A stretch of DNA of 64,000 nucleotides. Source: Alphaproteobacteria bacterium (GTDB taxonomy: Bacteria > Pseudomonadota > Alphaproteobacteria > Bin95). Numbering within the stretch: position 1 is the stretch's first letter; every line of letters begins with the position of its first letter. This document shows, piece by piece, positions 50,297 through 59,450 of the stretch. The stretch spans positions 1-64,000 of the forward strand of contig OZ224045.1 in NCBI GenBank assembly GCA_963665325.3. The letters are read 5' to 3'. The notes beneath the pieces are model-generated. The model saw nothing but the letters and a program-made list of their open reading frames with translations, made no database searches and had not been told where the DNA came from. Position numbers and translations under genes: made by a program.

Positions 50297-51133
50297 GGTC
50301 GTGTACCCATAAGGGGTTTCGTGATTTGCGAAGATGTGATTCAAGCTCCCAACCTCAGGGAGCTTGGAGATGGGCCGCTACGATCTGACGGACTTCGAAT
50401 GGCGTGTGATCGAGCCGCTGCTGCCGAACAAGCCCCGCGGCGTCCCGCGGGTGGACGACCGCCGAGTGTTGAACGGCATTCTGTGGGTGCTTCGCACGGG
50501 GGCACCGTGGCGTGACCTCCCGGAGCGCTACGGGCCTTATACGACCTGCTACAACCGGTTCAACCGCTGGCGCAAGAAGGGCGTCTGGGATCAGTTGATG
50601 GATGCGGTGGTGGAGGCTTACGACGGCAATGTGCAGATGATCGACAGTTCGAGCGTCCGGGTTCACCAGCACGCAGCGGGTGCAAAAAGGGGGGTCCGGA
50701 TCGTTGCATGGGTCGTTCCCGCGGTGGACTGACCACGAAGATCCACGCCGTGGCGGACGTTACCGGTCTGCCGATCCGCTACGACCTCAGCCCCGGCCAG
50801 GCACACGACAGTACGCCCGCCGGCGCCATGCTGGCGCACCTGCCGCCCGACAGTTTCCTCATCGCCGACAAGGCCTATGACGCCAAATGGATCCGTGACC
50901 TGATCGAGCAACGCGATGCCGTCGCGATCATCCCCGACCGAGAAGGCGCGAAGACCAGGCACACCTTCAGCAAACCGTTGTATCGATTGCGAAATCGCAT
51001 CGAACGCGCCTTCAACAAGCTCAAGCAGTTCCGCCGCATCGCCACCCGCTACGAAAAGCTCGCGGCCAACTTCCTGGCCATGATCAAGATCGCTACCATC
51101 AGACTCTGGCTGCGCGCTTATGAGTCCACGACC
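50297..51133 (+). mobile_element. IS5-family (IS427-like) element, apparently intact
   Basis: IRs GGTCGTGTACCCATAAG / GGTCGTGGACTCATAAG, with CTAG at both junctions. orfA 50370-50732; -1 slippery AAAAAGGGGGG at 50684-50694; orfB to 51136 with ADKAYD and RNRIERAFNKLKQFRRIATRYEK. Confidence 0.96.
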
Positions 51134-51177
51134 TAGACAGGTAATGCTAGTCGTCTGTCAAGGCGGGAAATTTTCAA

Positions 51178-51888
51178 TCATGGGGCGCGGAAAAGGAAAG
51201 CATTGGCAATCTCATTCTGGAAACGGATGGCGGCTGCCCGCGGGTCGGGGGCGCGGAGGATTTCGCGGGCGACGACCAGGTGGTCGGCGCCGGCGGCGAT
51301 GGCGGCGCGGGGAGTGGCGACGCGCTTCTGGTCGTCTGCCGAGGAGCCGGGCAGGCGGATGCCGGGCGTGACGATCAGCATGTCGGGGCCCAGCGCCTCG
51401 CGGAGCATGGCGGCCTCCTGGCCCGACGCAACCACGCCGTCCATGCCGGCCTCCCTTGCATGGCGCGCGCGGGCCAGCACGAGTTCGTCCAGGGTGCCGC
51501 GCCAGCCGAGTTCGCGGATGCCGGCCTCCTCGATGTCGGTGAGCACGGTGATGGCAAGCAGGCGTGTCCCGGAAGCGCCCCGTCCGCGCCGGGCGGCTTC
51601 CATGACCTGCCGGTCGCCATGCACTGTCAGCAGGTCGGCCCCCAGCGCCGCCGCGCCGCGCGCCGCGTTCTCGACCGTCTGGCCGATGTCCCAGGCCTTG
51701 GCGTCGAGGAAGACCTTGCAGCCCTCCGCGATGAGCTCGCGCGCGAGCTCGACGCCGCCGATATAGAAGAGGCCCATGCCGATCTTGTAGAAGCGCGCCG
51801 CGTCGCCGATCCGCTCGACGATCCGCCGGGCGCTGTCGCAGTCCGGCGTGTCGAGGCCGACGATCAGGCGGTCTTGCGGGTCTGTCAC
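51178..51888 (-). CDS. pyrF: Orotidine-5'-phosphate decarboxylase
   Basis: LIVGLD, YKIG, VFLDAKAWDIGQTV (DxKxxD), VTPGIR, DDQKRVATP. Confidence 0.96.
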   Translation of the reverse strand: MTDPQDRLIVGLDTPDCDSARRIVERIGDAARFYKIGMGLFYIGGVELARELIAEGCKVFLDAKAWDIGQTVENAARGAAALGADLLTVHGDRQVMEAARRGRGASGTRLLAITVLTDIEEAGIRELGWRGTLDELVLARARHAREAGMDGVVASGQEAAMLREALGPDMLIVTPGIRLPGSSADDQKRVATPRAAIAAGADHLVVAREILRAPDPRAAAIRFQNEIANAFLFRAP

Positions 51889-53888
51889 GAGGCGGCCGTG
51901 AAGCCCACGAGCTCAACGCCTTCCTCGACCCGGTCGCCCACCGCGAAGGGCAGGGCCTCGACCGTGCCGTCTGCCGGGGCGGCAATCGTGTGCTCCATCT
52001 TCATCGCTTCGAGCACCAGCAGCGGTGTGTCCTTGGCCACCGTCTGGCCGGCTTCCACCAGCACCCGAACGACAGTGCCCGGCATGGGCGAGGTCAGCCG
52101 CCCGCCGCCCATCTCCGCGCTCTCGGCCGCGGCGCCCGGGTCTTCGAGAAGAACTTGCCGGCGGGCGCCGCTCAGGAATATTTCGAGCCGGTTGCCGTCC
52201 GCGATGACGGCGCCGCTTCGCCGGCGGCCGTCGATCTCCGCCGTCAGGCCCCCGTCCGGGCCGCGCGCAACGTCAGCGACCGCTACAGCACATTCGCCAT
52301 TTTCCAGCCGGTAGCCGTTGCCGGTATGCACGACTTCGTATGTCGCCTTCTCGCCATTGTCGTCGAAGTCGAGCCGGTCGCGACCGGTGCCGTTGAGACG
52401 CCAGGCGTCGCTGCGGCCCCACGGCGAAAAGCGGTCCGGCGCGGCTTCCTGCCCGGCAATCCGGCGGACCGTCCTGTCTTCGAGCACGGCTATTGCCGCC
52501 ATCGCGCGCATGGCCGCCGTGTCGCCCGCAGGCGGCTCGGCCGCCGCGACATCGTGCGTCTCGATGAAATGCGTATCCAGCGCGGCTTCTGCAAAGGCCG
52601 GGTGGCGGGCCAGCGTCTCGAGGAAAAACAGGTTGGTGTTGAGACCGGCGATGCGCGTGTCGGCCAACCCGTCGGCCAGCGTCAGCCGGGCGCGCTCGCG
52701 ATCTTCGCCCCAAGCGACGACCTTGGCGATCATCGGGTCGTAGAACGGCGTGATCTCGTCTCCCGTCTCGACGCCGCTGTCGATGCGCAGGCCCGGCCGG
52801 CCTTCGGGAAAGGCGAGATGTGCAAGCCGCCCTGTCTGCGGCAGAAAGCCCCGCGCCGGGTCCTCCGCGTAGAGTCGGGCTTCGACGGCATGGCCGGTCG
52901 CCGCAATATCGTCCTGGGAGAACGCAAGCGGTTCCCCCGCGGCGATGCGAAGCTGCCATTCGACCAGATCCAGACCGGTCACCATCTCGGTCACCGGATG
53001 CTCGACCTGAAGGCGCGTGTTCATCTCGATGAAATGGAAGGCGCTGTCGTTCTCGACCAGGAATTCGACTGTGCCGGCGCCGACATAGCCGATGGCGCAT
53101 GCGAGCCTCGTGGCGGCTTCGCCCATTTCCGCCCGCAGTGTGTCTGACAGGCCGGGGGCCGGCGCCTCCTCGATGACCTTCTGGTGCCGGCGCTGGATCG
53201 AGCAGTCGCGGTCCAGCAGGTGCAGCACCGTGCCATGCGCGTCGGCCAGCACTTGTACCTCGACATGGCGCGGCCGGGCGATATAGCGCTCCAGCAGCAA
53301 CGCGCCGTCGCCGAAGGCCGCGGCGGCTTCGCGCTCCGCGGCCGCGAGCGCGGCGGCCAGGTCCTCCGCGCGCTCGACGATGCGCATTCCGCGCCCGCCG
53401 CCGCCGGCCGATGCCTTGACGAGCACCGGATAGCCGATCTCCGCTGCCGCTTCCGCCAGCCGCTCCGTCGTTGCATCCGGCTCGTGATAGCCCGGCACGA
53501 GAGGCACATTGGCATCGGCTGCGATCTTCTTCGCGGCGCTTTTCGACCCCATCGCCCGGATCGCTTCCGCCGGCGGGCCGACGAAGATCAGCCCGGCGCC
53601 CGCCACGCGCTCGGCGAATTCGGCGTTTTCGGAGAGGAAGCCATAGCCGGGATGCACCGCCTCCGCGCCGGTGCGCCGCGCCGCATCGATCAGCGCGTCG
53701 ATGTCGAGATAGCTCGCCTGCGCGCGCGCCGGGCCGATGCACACGCTCTCGTCCGCCGCCCGGACATGGGCCGCGCCGGTATCCGCTTCGGAATGGACGG
53801 CGGTGACATGCAGCCCCATGCGTCCGGCGGTGGCGGCGATGCGGCAGGCGATTTCGCCGCGATTGGCGATCAGCAGCCGCCGGAACAT
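51885..53888 (-). CDS. Acyl-CoA carboxylase alpha subunit (biotin carboxylase plus BCCP; methylcrotonyl-CoA carboxylase-like)
   Basis: LIANRGEIA, HPGYGFLSEN, GGGGRGMR, RDCSIQRRHQKVIEEAP, EMNTRLQVEHPVTE, EAMKMEH biotin site. Confidence 0.93.
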   Translation of the reverse strand: MFRRLLIANRGEIACRIAATAGRMGLHVTAVHSEADTGAAHVRAADESVCIGPARAQASYLDIDALIDAARRTGAEAVHPGYGFLSENAEFAERVAGAGLIFVGPPAEAIRAMGSKSAAKKIAADANVPLVPGYHEPDATTERLAEAAAEIGYPVLVKASAGGGGRGMRIVERAEDLAAALAAAEREAAAAFGDGALLLERYIARPRHVEVQVLADAHGTVLHLLDRDCSIQRRHQKVIEEAPAPGLSDTLRAEMGEAATRLACAIGYVGAGTVEFLVENDSAFHFIEMNTRLQVEHPVTEMVTGLDLVEWQLRIAAGEPLAFSQDDIAATGHAVEARLYAEDPARGFLPQTGRLAHLAFPEGRPGLRIDSGVETGDEITPFYDPMIAKVVAWGEDRERARLTLADGLADTRIAGLNTNLFFLETLARHPAFAEAALDTHFIETHDVAAAEPPAGDTAAMRAMAAIAVLEDRTVRRIAGQEAAPDRFSPWGRSDAWRLNGTGRDRLDFDDNGEKATYEVVHTGNGYRLENGECAVAVADVARGPDGGLTAEIDGRRRSGAVIADGNRLEIFLSGARRQVLLEDPGAAAESAEMGGGRLTSPMPGTVVRVLVEAGQTVAKDTPLLVLEAMKMEHTIAAPADGTVEALPFAVGDRVEEGVELVGFTAAS

Positions 53889-53998
53889 GATGCAATCATT
53901 CGCTGGAAAGGCCCCCGCTCGACACCGCCACCATAGCGGCGGCAAAGGCGCTGCGCAAAGTGCCTGACAGGCGGCCGGCTATCCGGTAAGCAGGCGGC

Positions 53999-56131
53999 AT
54001 GATGCGAATATTGCGGTTTCTGGTCGCGGCGTTTGCGATTGCGCTGACGCCGCTTGCATCGGCGGCGCAGGAAGCGCCGGCCGGGCCGGGCGCGGCGGAA
54101 TTGGAGGCGCTGGCGGCAGAGCTTCGGGACGAGGCGAAGCGGGCCGAGATCATCCGGCGGATCGAGGCGTTGGCTGCTGCGCGGGAAGGAAGCGCGGCCG
54201 CGGAGGAGGAACCCGCGCGCGGGCCTCTGGCTTCCGTCACCGACAGCATTGTGGCTTTCGGCGGGGATGTTGCCGGGTCGCTGTCCTTCGCGTTCGATCC
54301 CGGCGTGTTCCGGCAATGGCTGGAGCAGGGATTCAACGATCCCGCAAGCGGCGCGCCCGTCTGGACGGTGCTCGGCCAGGCGTTGCTGGTCCTGCTTGCC
54401 GGACTCGTCGTCGAAATCGCGGTGCGGCGCCTTATGGCGAGCCTGCGGAGGGTGTCTTCCCGGCCCGAATCCGGAACCGTCGGCGAGCGGCTGTTGGCGG
54501 CGGCGGTAGCATTGCTGCTTGGAATCGTGCCTGTCGCGGCCTTCGCGGCCGGCAGCTTCGTTGCGCTTTCCGCTGCGGCACTGCCGCAGACGGCAGCTGA
54601 ATTGGTCCTCGCCGTCGTTTATGCGAGCAGCGCAGCGCGGCTCGCCATGCTGGCGGTGCGCGCCGGGTTGGCCCCGGATGCGGCCGGCGCACGCCTTGCG
54701 CCGCTGGAAGACGCCAGCGCCGCCGGCCTGCTTGCCTGGTTGCGCCGGCTGGTCCTCGCTGTCGTTTACGGCTGGCTCGTTTGCGAGATCGCACGCGTTT
54801 TCGCGCTGCCGTCGGCCCCTTACCGCCTGCTGGTCGATCTCGTCGGCCTGACCGTGCTGGCCGTGGCCGTCTCCATGGTGCTGCGCAACCGCACGACCGT
54901 CCGGAACCGCCTGCGCGGTAACGGGGAAGGCGTCAGGGCCCGGCTCGCCGATATCTGGCATGTCGTCGCCGTCGCCTATCTGGCGGCCGTCTTCCTCGTT
55001 TGGGCGGCTGCCGTTGAGGGCGGGTTCGCCTATGTCGGAGCCGCATCGGCCTGGACCGTCGCCGCTGTTGCCGCCGCACGGCTGGCGGACCTCGGAGTTC
55101 TGCGGCTTGTCGAAGCCGCAACGCGCTGGGAGGTCCGGGCCGACAGCCGGTTGCCCGGTGTGAAGGCGCGCGCCGACCGCTATGTGCCCGTGCTGCGCAA
55201 ATGCCTACGGTCGGCGGTCTGGCTCATCGCGGCGATTGCCGCGCTGGAAGCATGGCGCGCGCCGGTGCTGGACCTGCTGGCGGCTCCCGTGGGCGAGCGC
55301 ATTCTGGGGGCGCTGGTCCGGATTGCGCTGGTCTTCGGCCTGTTCCTCGTTCTCTGGGAGGCGCTTTGCCTCGCTATCGAGCGCTATCTGGACGCCCGGG
55401 ACGAGGACGGCAATCCGATGGAACGCAGCGGACGAGCGCGGACGCTGCTGCCGCTCCTGCGCCGAGCGAGCGCCGTCCTGCTGCTGACGGTCGGCGGCCT
55501 GACGGCCGCCTCCGAACTCGGCATCGACATAGCGCCGCTGCTGGCGGGCGTCGGCATCGCCGGCCTCGCCATCGGTTTCGGGGCGCAGACGCTGGTGAAG
55601 GACGTCATCACCGGCCTGTTCATCGTCATGGAGGACCAGGTTGCGGTTGGCGAATATGTGTCGGTGGCCGGCCATTCTGGCATAGTGGAGGCGCTTTCGA
55701 TCCGCACGATCCGGCTGCGCGACCTGTCCGGCACCGTCCATGTCGTGCCGTTCGGCGAGGTCGGCACGGTCGAGAACCTGACGCGCGACTACTCTTATGC
55801 GGTCATCGACGCGGGCGTCGGCTACGGTGAGGATACCGACCGGGTAAGCGACGTGCTGCGCGAGATCGCCGCGGGGATGGAAGGCGATGACAGCTGGCGG
55901 CACCGCGTCATCCCGCCCTTCGAGGTGTTCGGTGTGCAGGAGCTGGGCGATTCGGCCGTTGTCGTCCGCTGCCGCTTCAAGACGCCGCCCATGCAGCAAT
56001 GGGCGGTCGCCCGCGAGTTCCGGCGCCGGATGAAGAAGCGCTTCGACGAGCTCGGGATCGAGATTCCGTTCCCACACCGGACCGTCTATTTCGGCGGCGG
56101 CAAGGGACCGGAGTCTGTGCCGGAAAGCTGA
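53999..56131 (+). CDS. Large MscS-family mechanosensitive channel (YbiO-like)
   Basis: Signal peptide, many TM helices, PLLAGVGIAGLAIGFGAQTLVKDVITG, GIEIPFPHRT. Confidence 0.92.
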   Translation: MMRILRFLVAAFAIALTPLASAAQEAPAGPGAAELEALAAELRDEAKRAEIIRRIEALAAAREGSAAAEEEPARGPLASVTDSIVAFGGDVAGSLSFAFDPGVFRQWLEQGFNDPASGAPVWTVLGQALLVLLAGLVVEIAVRRLMASLRRVSSRPESGTVGERLLAAAVALLLGIVPVAAFAAGSFVALSAAALPQTAAELVLAVVYASSAARLAMLAVRAGLAPDAAGARLAPLEDASAAGLLAWLRRLVLAVVYGWLVCEIARVFALPSAPYRLLVDLVGLTVLAVAVSMVLRNRTTVRNRLRGNGEGVRARLADIWHVVAVAYLAAVFLVWAAAVEGGFAYVGAASAWTVAAVAAARLADLGVLRLVEAATRWEVRADSRLPGVKARADRYVPVLRKCLRSAVWLIAAIAALEAWRAPVLDLLAAPVGERILGALVRIALVFGLFLVLWEALCLAIERYLDARDEDGNPMERSGRARTLLPLLRRASAVLLLTVGGLTAASELGIDIAPLLAGVGIAGLAIGFGAQTLVKDVITGLFIVMEDQVAVGEYVSVAGHSGIVEALSIRTIRLRDLSGTVHVVPFGEVGTVENLTRDYSYAVIDAGVGYGEDTDRVSDVLREIAAGMEGDDSWRHRVIPPFEVFGVQELGDSAVVVRCRFKTPPMQQWAVAREFRRRMKKRFDELGIEIPFPHRTVYFGGGKGPESVPES

Positions 56132-56634
56132 TCCCGGAGGAACGCCAGAATCTCCGGCGCGTCCCATTCAGCCGGACCTTCGAGGCGACCGATCTCGCGG
56201 CCCTCGGCGTCGACAAGCACGGTCGTCGGCAGGATGCGGACATTCATTGCACCCCCGACCGCGTTGCGGGGGTCGAGATAGCGCTTGAGCCGGCCGATGC
56301 CGTGCTCTTCGAAGAACGGATCCACCCGTTCGGCACCGCCCCGGTCTATGGAGAGTGCGACGACCTCCAGCCGATCGCCGCCGAGCAGGCCCTGCAATCG
56401 ATCCAGCGAGGGCATTTCGCGCCGGCAGGGCGCACACCAGGTGGCCCAGAAATTCAGGACGACCAGCTTGCCGCCGAACCGGGCGAGCGTTATCTCGCCA
56501 CCATCCGGATCGGTAAAGACGGCTTCGGGCGCGGGTGCCGGCGGGTCCGTCTTCCGGTAGTTTTGCAGCCAGCCTTCCGCCGCCGCCGCGGTTCCGGCGG
56601 CGATACAGAAGACCAGAAGAAGCGAGCGCAGCAT
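56086..56634 (-). CDS. tlpA: TlpA-family thiol-disulfide oxidoreductase
   Basis: Signal peptide, [30 protein letters not shown]. Confidence 0.92.
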   Translation of the reverse strand: MLRSLLLVFCIAAGTAAAAEGWLQNYRKTDPPAPAPEAVFTDPDGGEITLARFGGKLVVLNFWATWCAPCRREMPSLDRLQGLLGGDRLEVVALSIDRGGAERVDPFFEEHGIGRLKRYLDPRNAVGGAMNVRILPTTVLVDAEGREIGRLEGPAEWDAPEILAFLRDQLSGTDSGPLPPPK

Positions 56635-58045
56635 GGCACCTTCCAGCAGTTCCGGCTCCGGCCCGCCCGCCAATACCATGTGGGGCGGACGTTTCGCCGG
56701 CGGGCCGTCGGACATCATGGCCGCGATCAACGCTTCCATCGGCTTCGACCGGCGCCTGCACGCACAGGATATCCGCGGCTCGCGCGCCCATCTGGACATG
56801 CTCGAAGCCGCGGACATCGTAAGCGCGCCGGACGCCGCGACGATCCGTGAGGGCCTCGACCGGGTCGAGCAGGAAATAGCGGCGGGCCGCTTCGTCTTCA
56901 AGCCGGAGCTTGAGGACATTCACATGAATATCGAAGCCCGGCTTGCGGAACTGGTCGGTCCCGTCGCCGGCCGCCTGCATACGGCGCGGTCGCGCAACGA
57001 CCAGGTGGCGACCGACTTCCGGCTCTGGGTACGGGACGAGATCGACGCCGTCGATGCGGCGCTCGCCGATGCACAGGCCGCCTTCATCGAGAAAGTCGAG
57101 GCCTGGCCGGACCTGCCCATGCCGGGCTTCACGCATTTGCAGAACGGCCAGCCGGTTTCCTTCGGCCACCACATGCTCGCCTATGTCGAGATGCTGGGGC
57201 GCGATCGCGGGCGTTTCGCCGACGCCCGGCGGCGCCTGAACGAGTCGCCGCTCGGCGCAGCGGCGCTGGCCGGCACGCCGTTTCCCATCGACCGGGATAT
57301 GACCGCTGCCGCGCTCGGCTTCGACCGTCCGGCAGCCAATTCGATGGATGCCGTTTCCGACCGCGACTTCGCACTGGAATTCCTGGCGGCCGGCGCGATA
57401 ACCGCGCTGCACCTGTCGCGCTTCGCGGAAGAGCTCGTGCTCTGGACCAGCGCGCAGTTCCGGTTCGTTCGTCTCTCCGACGCCTTCACCACGGGTAGCT
57501 CGATCATGCCGCAGAAGCGCAACCCGGATGCGGCGGAGCTCGTGCGCGCCAAGCCGGGGCGGCTGCTCGGCGCCTTCACTTCGCTCGCCACCATGCTCAA
57601 GGGGCTTCCGCTCGCCTACGGCAAGGACATGCAGGAGGACAAGGAGCCGACCTTCGAGGCGGCCGATTCGCTTATGCTGGCGATCGCTGCCGCCGCCGGG
57701 ATGGTGCGCGACATGGAACCCGATCCGGAGCGGCTGCGCGCAGCGGCGGCGGTCGGCCATCCCACCGCCACGGATCTTGCCGACTGGCTGGTGCGCAGGC
57801 TCGGCACGCCGTTCCGGGAGGCGCACCGCGTGACGGGGGAGCTGGTGGCCGAGGCCGACAGACGCGGGCTGCCGCTCGCGCAATTGCCGCTCGATGCCAT
57901 GCAGGCGGTTGAGGCCCGAATCGAGGAAAGCGTGTACGATGTCCTGTCCGTAGAGCGGTCGATTGCGGCGCGGACCAGCTATGGCGGCACTGCCCCGGAC
58001 AATGTGCGTGCCGCCGCAGCGGCCGCGCGGGAGCGTTTCCTGTGA
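56633..58045 (+). CDS. argH: Argininosuccinate lyase
   Basis: [45 protein letters not shown]. Start may be 56678. Confidence 0.97.
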   Translation: MAPSSSSGSGPPANTMWGGRFAGGPSDIMAAINASIGFDRRLHAQDIRGSRAHLDMLEAADIVSAPDAATIREGLDRVEQEIAAGRFVFKPELEDIHMNIEARLAELVGPVAGRLHTARSRNDQVATDFRLWVRDEIDAVDAALADAQAAFIEKVEAWPDLPMPGFTHLQNGQPVSFGHHMLAYVEMLGRDRGRFADARRRLNESPLGAAALAGTPFPIDRDMTAAALGFDRPAANSMDAVSDRDFALEFLAAGAITALHLSRFAEELVLWTSAQFRFVRLSDAFTTGSSIMPQKRNPDAAELVRAKPGRLLGAFTSLATMLKGLPLAYGKDMQEDKEPTFEAADSLMLAIAAAAGMVRDMEPDPERLRAAAAVGHPTATDLADWLVRRLGTPFREAHRVTGELVAEADRRGLPLAQLPLDAMQAVEARIEESVYDVLSVERSIAARTSYGGTAPDNVRAAAAAARERFL

Positions 58046-58050
58046 AGACC

Positions 58051-58179
58051 ATGCGCTGGATCCTGTTGTTCGCCGCGCTTGCCGCCGGCCTTGCCGCCTG
58101 CGGGCGCAAGGGCGATCTCGAACACCCGCCGGAATCGATGTCGGAGACGTCCTATCCGAGGACCTATCCGACCAAATGA
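58051..58179 (+). CDS. Small lipoprotein, LppL/YifL (LptM)-like
   Basis: MRWILLFAALAAGLAACGRKGDLEHPP...YPRTYPTK: lipobox LAAC plus CGxKGxL motif. Canonical argH-lysA position; ATGA overlap with lysA. Confidence 0.88.
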   Translation: MRWILLFAALAAGLAACGRKGDLEHPPESMSETSYPRTYPTK

Positions 58180-59450
58180 GGCCGTTCGGCTATATCGGCG
58201 GCGGCCTGGCGGCGGGGCAAGTCCCGCTGGCGGATATTGCGGCAGAAGTCGGCACGCCGGTCTATGTCTATTCCGCTGACGCTATCGAGGCTGCCTACCG
58301 CGAGCTTGAGACGGTGCTGGGGCCAGCGCGCATCTGCTATGCGATGAAGGCGAACGGGAACCTGGCGGTGCTGCGCCTGCTCGCCGGGTTGGGCGCGGGC
58401 GCGGATGTCGTGTCGGAAGGGGAACTCAGGCGCGCGCTTGCGGCCGGCATTGCGCCGGAGAAGATCGTCTTTTCCGGCGTTGGCAAGACCGATGCGGAGA
58501 TCGAGGCCGCACTCCGGGACGGCATTCTTCAGATCAATGTCGAGAGCGCGCCGGAGCTCCGCAGCCTTTCGGGCATCGCGGCCTCGCTCGGCCGGACCGC
58601 GTCCGTCGCCGTGCGCATCAACCCCGATGTCGATGCCGGCACGCTGGACCAGATCAGCACCGGCCGGAAAACGGACAAGTTCGGAGTCGACTGGACCGAG
58701 GCGCCGGCCCTGTTCCGCGCCGCTGCCGCGCTTCCCGGTCTGTCGATGGACGGGATTGCGGTGCATATCGGCTCGCAACTGGGCGAGCTGGAGCCGTACC
58801 GCCGCGCATTCCGCCGCGTTGCCGAACTCGTCCGGGCCTTGCGGGCCGACGGCTCCCGCATTCACCGCCTCGATCTGGGCGGCGGATTCGGCATCCGCTA
58901 TCGCGACGAGACACCGTTGCCGCTCGCCGGATATGCAAGGGTTGTCGAGGAAGAGGTCGGCGGGCTCGGATGCGAGATCGTGGTCGAACCCGGAAGGCGG
59001 CTGGTCGGGCCGGCCGGCGTATTGCTGGCGCGCGTCGTCGCAGTCAAGGAGACACCCGAGCGCCGATTCGTTATTGTCGATGCCGGCATGAACGATCTGG
59101 TCCGTCCGATGATGTACGGAGCCTGGCACGATATCCTGCCACTCGACGCCCCGCCGGCAGGAGTCGATTGCCGGCCGGCCGATGTCGTGGGTCCGGTCTG
59201 CGAAACCACGGACAAATTCGCCGACGGTCGCATGCTGCCGCCGCTGGAAGCGGGAGACCTGGTGGCATTCTGCGAAGCCGGAGCCTACGGCGCCGTCATG
59301 TCCTCGACCTATAACGGGCGCCCGCTCGTGCCGGAGGTGCTCGTGCGCGGCAGCCGGTTCGACGTCGTTCGCGCCCGTCCGACCTTCGAGGAAAGCCTGG
59401 CGCTGGAACGCCTGCCGGACTGGCTCGCGGGTCCCGGCAGAGAGAAATGA
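58176..59450 (+). CDS. lysA: Diaminopimelate decarboxylase
   Basis: GTPVYVYS, YAMKAN, HIGSQ, DLGGGFG, EPGR, GPVCETTD, GAYGAVMSSTYN. Confidence 0.96.
   Translation: MRPFGYIGGGLAAGQVPLADIAAEVGTPVYVYSADAIEAAYRELETVLGPARICYAMKANGNLAVLRLLAGLGAGADVVSEGELRRALAAGIAPEKIVFSGVGKTDAEIEAALRDGILQINVESAPELRSLSGIAASLGRTASVAVRINPDVDAGTLDQISTGRKTDKFGVDWTEAPALFRAAAALPGLSMDGIAVHIGSQLGELEPYRRAFRRVAELVRALRADGSRIHRLDLGGGFGIRYRDETPLPLAGYARVVEEEVGGLGCEIVVEPGRRLVGPAGVLLARVVAVKETPERRFVIVDAGMNDLVRPMMYGAWHDILPLDAPPAGVDCRPADVVGPVCETTDKFADGRMLPPLEAGDLVAFCEAGAYGAVMSSTYNGRPLVPEVLVRGSRFDVVRARPTFEESLALERLPDWLAGPGREK

Larger units (their letters stand above)
46750..51177. other. AT-rich accessory islet (restriction-modification cassette plus two IS5) downstream of pyrF
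   Basis: Non-IS parts are roughly 35-45% GC by eye (20/60 in line 47281) against high-GC flanks. The right edge abuts the pyrF stop; the left edge is approximate. No integrase seen. Confidence 0.8.
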
